From Balanoglossus misakiensis (lineage: Eukaryota; Animalia; Hemichordata), in the NCBI GenBank assembly GCA_040954595.2, contig CM082576.2, positions 11,907,129 to 11,971,128 of the forward strand: a stretch of DNA of 64,000 nucleotides. Reading direction: 5' to 3'. Below are positions 61,027 to 64,000 of this stretch, piece by piece. The position numbers were made by a program, and so were the translations under genes. How positions within the stretch are numbered: the first letter of the stretch is position 1; each line of letters opens with the position of its first letter. The notes beneath the pieces are model-generated. The model was given only the letters and a program-made list of their open reading frames with translations, ran no database searches and was not told the origin of the DNA.

Positions 61027-64000
61027 CGCACGATGCGCTTCGCGACACGGTGACTTGCTGCCTAAGTTATGCCCAGGAGCTAACAAACCACCAACATGTG
61101 TTAGTGAATGCTTGGTTTAGCAAACGGTAATTGTGGATAGCTGCGACTTTCTTGTCTCTCATTTTCTGGTCGGGGGCCTTTGAAGAATCCTTCACGGCTG
61201 GGGCTTCGGGTTGCACCCCTATTATCCGCAAGCAATTTCCGAACACAAGCATGCAACTGGAAATGGATGGAAAATTCTAAAGTGATATATACAATTCAAC
61301 GGATCAGAAGTGGCCGCGGTTTCGCCTCTTGTTTTCCGCGCAATCGCTGACAAACTGATTCCCACACGTGGCCAGACACCTGTATAAACGTCGGAAGGTA
61401 GCATGACCATACCTTTAAACAGTTGTTTTCTCTCTCTCCTCCAACTCCCTTTTACAGTAAAAGTCTATTATGGGATGCTTAGAGTGCACATAACCGATTC
61501 CACAAAAATCGAAGCAACCCAACCGATAAGCCAAGAGGCGCGCTATCTCAATTTCCCACGAAACACAATAAAGGCCCAGTGCTTGATATTTTATGGAACT
61601 CGGTCCAAAAAACAGGGCGTGTTGAACCGTGAAGAGCCAAGTGTGTTAGCAAACAGCGCCGCTGATATGACATGATGACAGTCCAACGGAAAGGACAAAA
61701 GCAGAAGACTTGGCCGCAGTGAGTCGCGGTAAATCGTGTGATTCACTTCCACAATGACTCGTTTTTCCACCTTCCCCTTTCACATGAACCTTACAAAGAA
61801 AGCCGGTCAGTACGACACGTTACTAATTATACAGGTGTGCGAGTTTTACCCACACAAGCCGCGTAAAACAAACAAACAAACAAACATTTTGACGGTCATG
61901 GAAGCTCGAACAGGGGTAGGAGCGAACAAAAGCAAAGTTTAGCGGACACGATTTTCAAAAAAATGTCTGCTCTAAAATTAGACTAGAATTCGGTCAGTGG
62001 TACCGCAAATGCCCGCATGAGTGAATGGACGGGGCAAACCTCGAAAGGGGTAAAAGCGGCGGCACTCGTAGAAAACCTGAAAAGATTGCCAGACAGGAAA
62101 AGTAGATAAGTATGGATAATTGTTTGAACCTTTTTTCTTTACGCAAAGAAACTACTGACCCGAACGTCTGATATTTTAATGATACGGAGGGGAACGAACT
62201 GTGTATGAATAATCATCATTCCACAGACATTGATGGGCGTGGCCCGCCGAGTTTCACACCTGTGTGTCATTCACATCAAAACTAGACGGGGGCAGAGAGA
62301 GAAAGAAGTCGAGAGACCTCCGGATGAAACAAAGATGCGTTGTTTGCGTGTCGCGGATGGAGTAATGGGATGAGTCGCAAAATTGCCCCCCCCCCCCTCT
62401 TTTTTCACTTCGCTCCCAGGCAATGCGACACCATCAGAGTCAATCATAATGGCGGGCGAATTAGGGCCCGGGTAAAATATGCACTGCCATTTTAGAGGGT
62501 TCGCTTAATGGGACATTTAACTTACATTAAAGTACAATATAGCAGTCTCCTTTGGCCCGGTTCAATACGTTACGGCCATTTGGACGTCATGCGGTGCACA
62601 TCAATACCGGGGCTACTCATTTGTGTAACAAAGGCGCGAGACCCATGCAATGGAGTAGGGAGCCCGTCGGATAGACACCGTCAATTACGGAGAACATTTC
62701 GCGAGGGAGGAAATGAGTCTATACGAGGCCTTCATGCCAGCTTCCATTTAAAGAAACAAAGGGGTAAAGAAAGAAGTAAATTGTAGTTTACTCAGAGAGA
62801 GTAGGGGACGTGATGGGAACCGTCATTCGCAATCACTTGAAGGCTGAAGAAACACAAGTTAATGGATATTGTTATGCAGGAGATGATCCAAGATTTTGTC
62901 TCGTTTGTTTGTTTGTTTTATTGACAGGTTGTATCGTATGAAAAATCACATCATTGATAGAAGATTCTACTTGGAGCATCTGTTAAGACCTGGGCTTATG
63001 TATACTAGTTATATCTATATAAAAAACAGAGTGGCTAATACCACAGTATATTAATGACACAATCAAAAATGTAATAAGAGAATCCACTGAATTTCAAATA
63101 CAAACGTACAAGCCATGAACACGACACAGAAGATAGAAATGTTCGCATAGGTCAGTCCAGTAAAATGTGCTCTCGCAAAGTTTTAGTAAACAGTTGTTTT
63201 GGTGACGGTCAAACATTCGATATCCACTGGTAAACAATTCGAAAGTTTAGCACCAACAAACGAAAATGCAAGGAAACATGTCCAGCATGCGGTAGAGTGC
63301 ATTTTCTGGAAGGAATAAATTTTGACCGGGTTTGAAAACCCATGGAATGATTTCGAGCGAGTTCCACCGGCTGAACATGGTCAGTCAAGTGATAGAGGAG
63401 ACCACCCTGCATAGAAGTCAAAAATAAAATCACCAAAACACTTACAACGAGTAGAGTTAGTACATATTTAACAAACCGTACATTCTAAATAGTCGAGCAG
63501 ATGGTTCTCTGAAACTTGAGAATGTGACACACCGTAAACACATTTTCTGACTGATTAGAGTAGATTGCAAATGATATAGGCATTTCCACCAGACTTCCAA
63601 ACCATTATGTACAAGTACAATATGGGGGTTGGATAAAAGCCTCATAAAGCGTGGCTTATTTGTGGTACAGTATTAAAATTTATCGCCGATTTCTTTTGTA
63701 CGCAGTTATTTGCCATATGAATATGATTTTCCCATGTCAGGTGTGTATCAGTGTTTACTCAAACAAAAGACATTGTTTTTCGACTTCAATCCAAGCATGC
63801 CTCTAAACAAAGAGGCCACTCCATTTGTGGAAATAGATTTACGCGTGGGCGACGGTTTAATTTGACTTTTCTCAATTATTGGTCAGTCTGTTGGAATTAC
63901 ACCAGTCTTCAGCTTTCTCAAAATGGCAATCGACTTATGACAGATCAACATTGAAAAGGTATACGGTCACTTATGCACATTTAGCCACAGTTACCACGAC

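Noticed and set aside
25400-64000. Search for a Smad/Schnurri BMP-response element GRCGNC-N5-GTCT and for FoxH1 sites near the ligand genes
   Set aside because: Only partial matches found by eye; no complete element to report.
1-64000. Prokaryotic systems (CRISPR arrays, operons, defence islands), rRNA and tRNA genes
   Set aside because: The sequence is clearly spliceosomal-intron-containing animal DNA; no spaced direct-repeat array or structural RNA gene was recognised.

Overview
Eukaryotic, intron-containing invertebrate deuterostome DNA, most likely ambulacrarian; the BMP2/4 sequence looks hemichordate-like to me, but this is unverified. Five protein-coding genes can be modelled by hand. 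(1) An uncharacterised ~730-aa low-complexity protein with a four-fold internal repeat (+, 1.2-4.1 kb). (2) A complete 7-exon CDKN3/KAP phosphatase (-, 7.1-9.3 kb). (3) A head-to-head ~18-exon F-box/WD40 gene with an FBXW10-like layout, two helical modules and two AKAP-like helices (+, 10.3-23.4 kb). (4) BMP2/4 (-, 38.6-40.1 kb). (5) Its tandem neighbour Univin/Vg1-GDF1/3 (-, 50.6-52.7 kb). The rest is a large CpG-rich non-coding domain around the two TGF-beta genes, with a few MITE-like elements and microsatellites. The univin-BMP2/4 linkage is known biology. The best candidates for novelty are the repeat protein, the AKAP-like F-box protein with its cassette-exon linker, and the CPE/Pumilio motif cluster in the univin 3' UTR. 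All exon boundaries were read by eye and have no transcript support.
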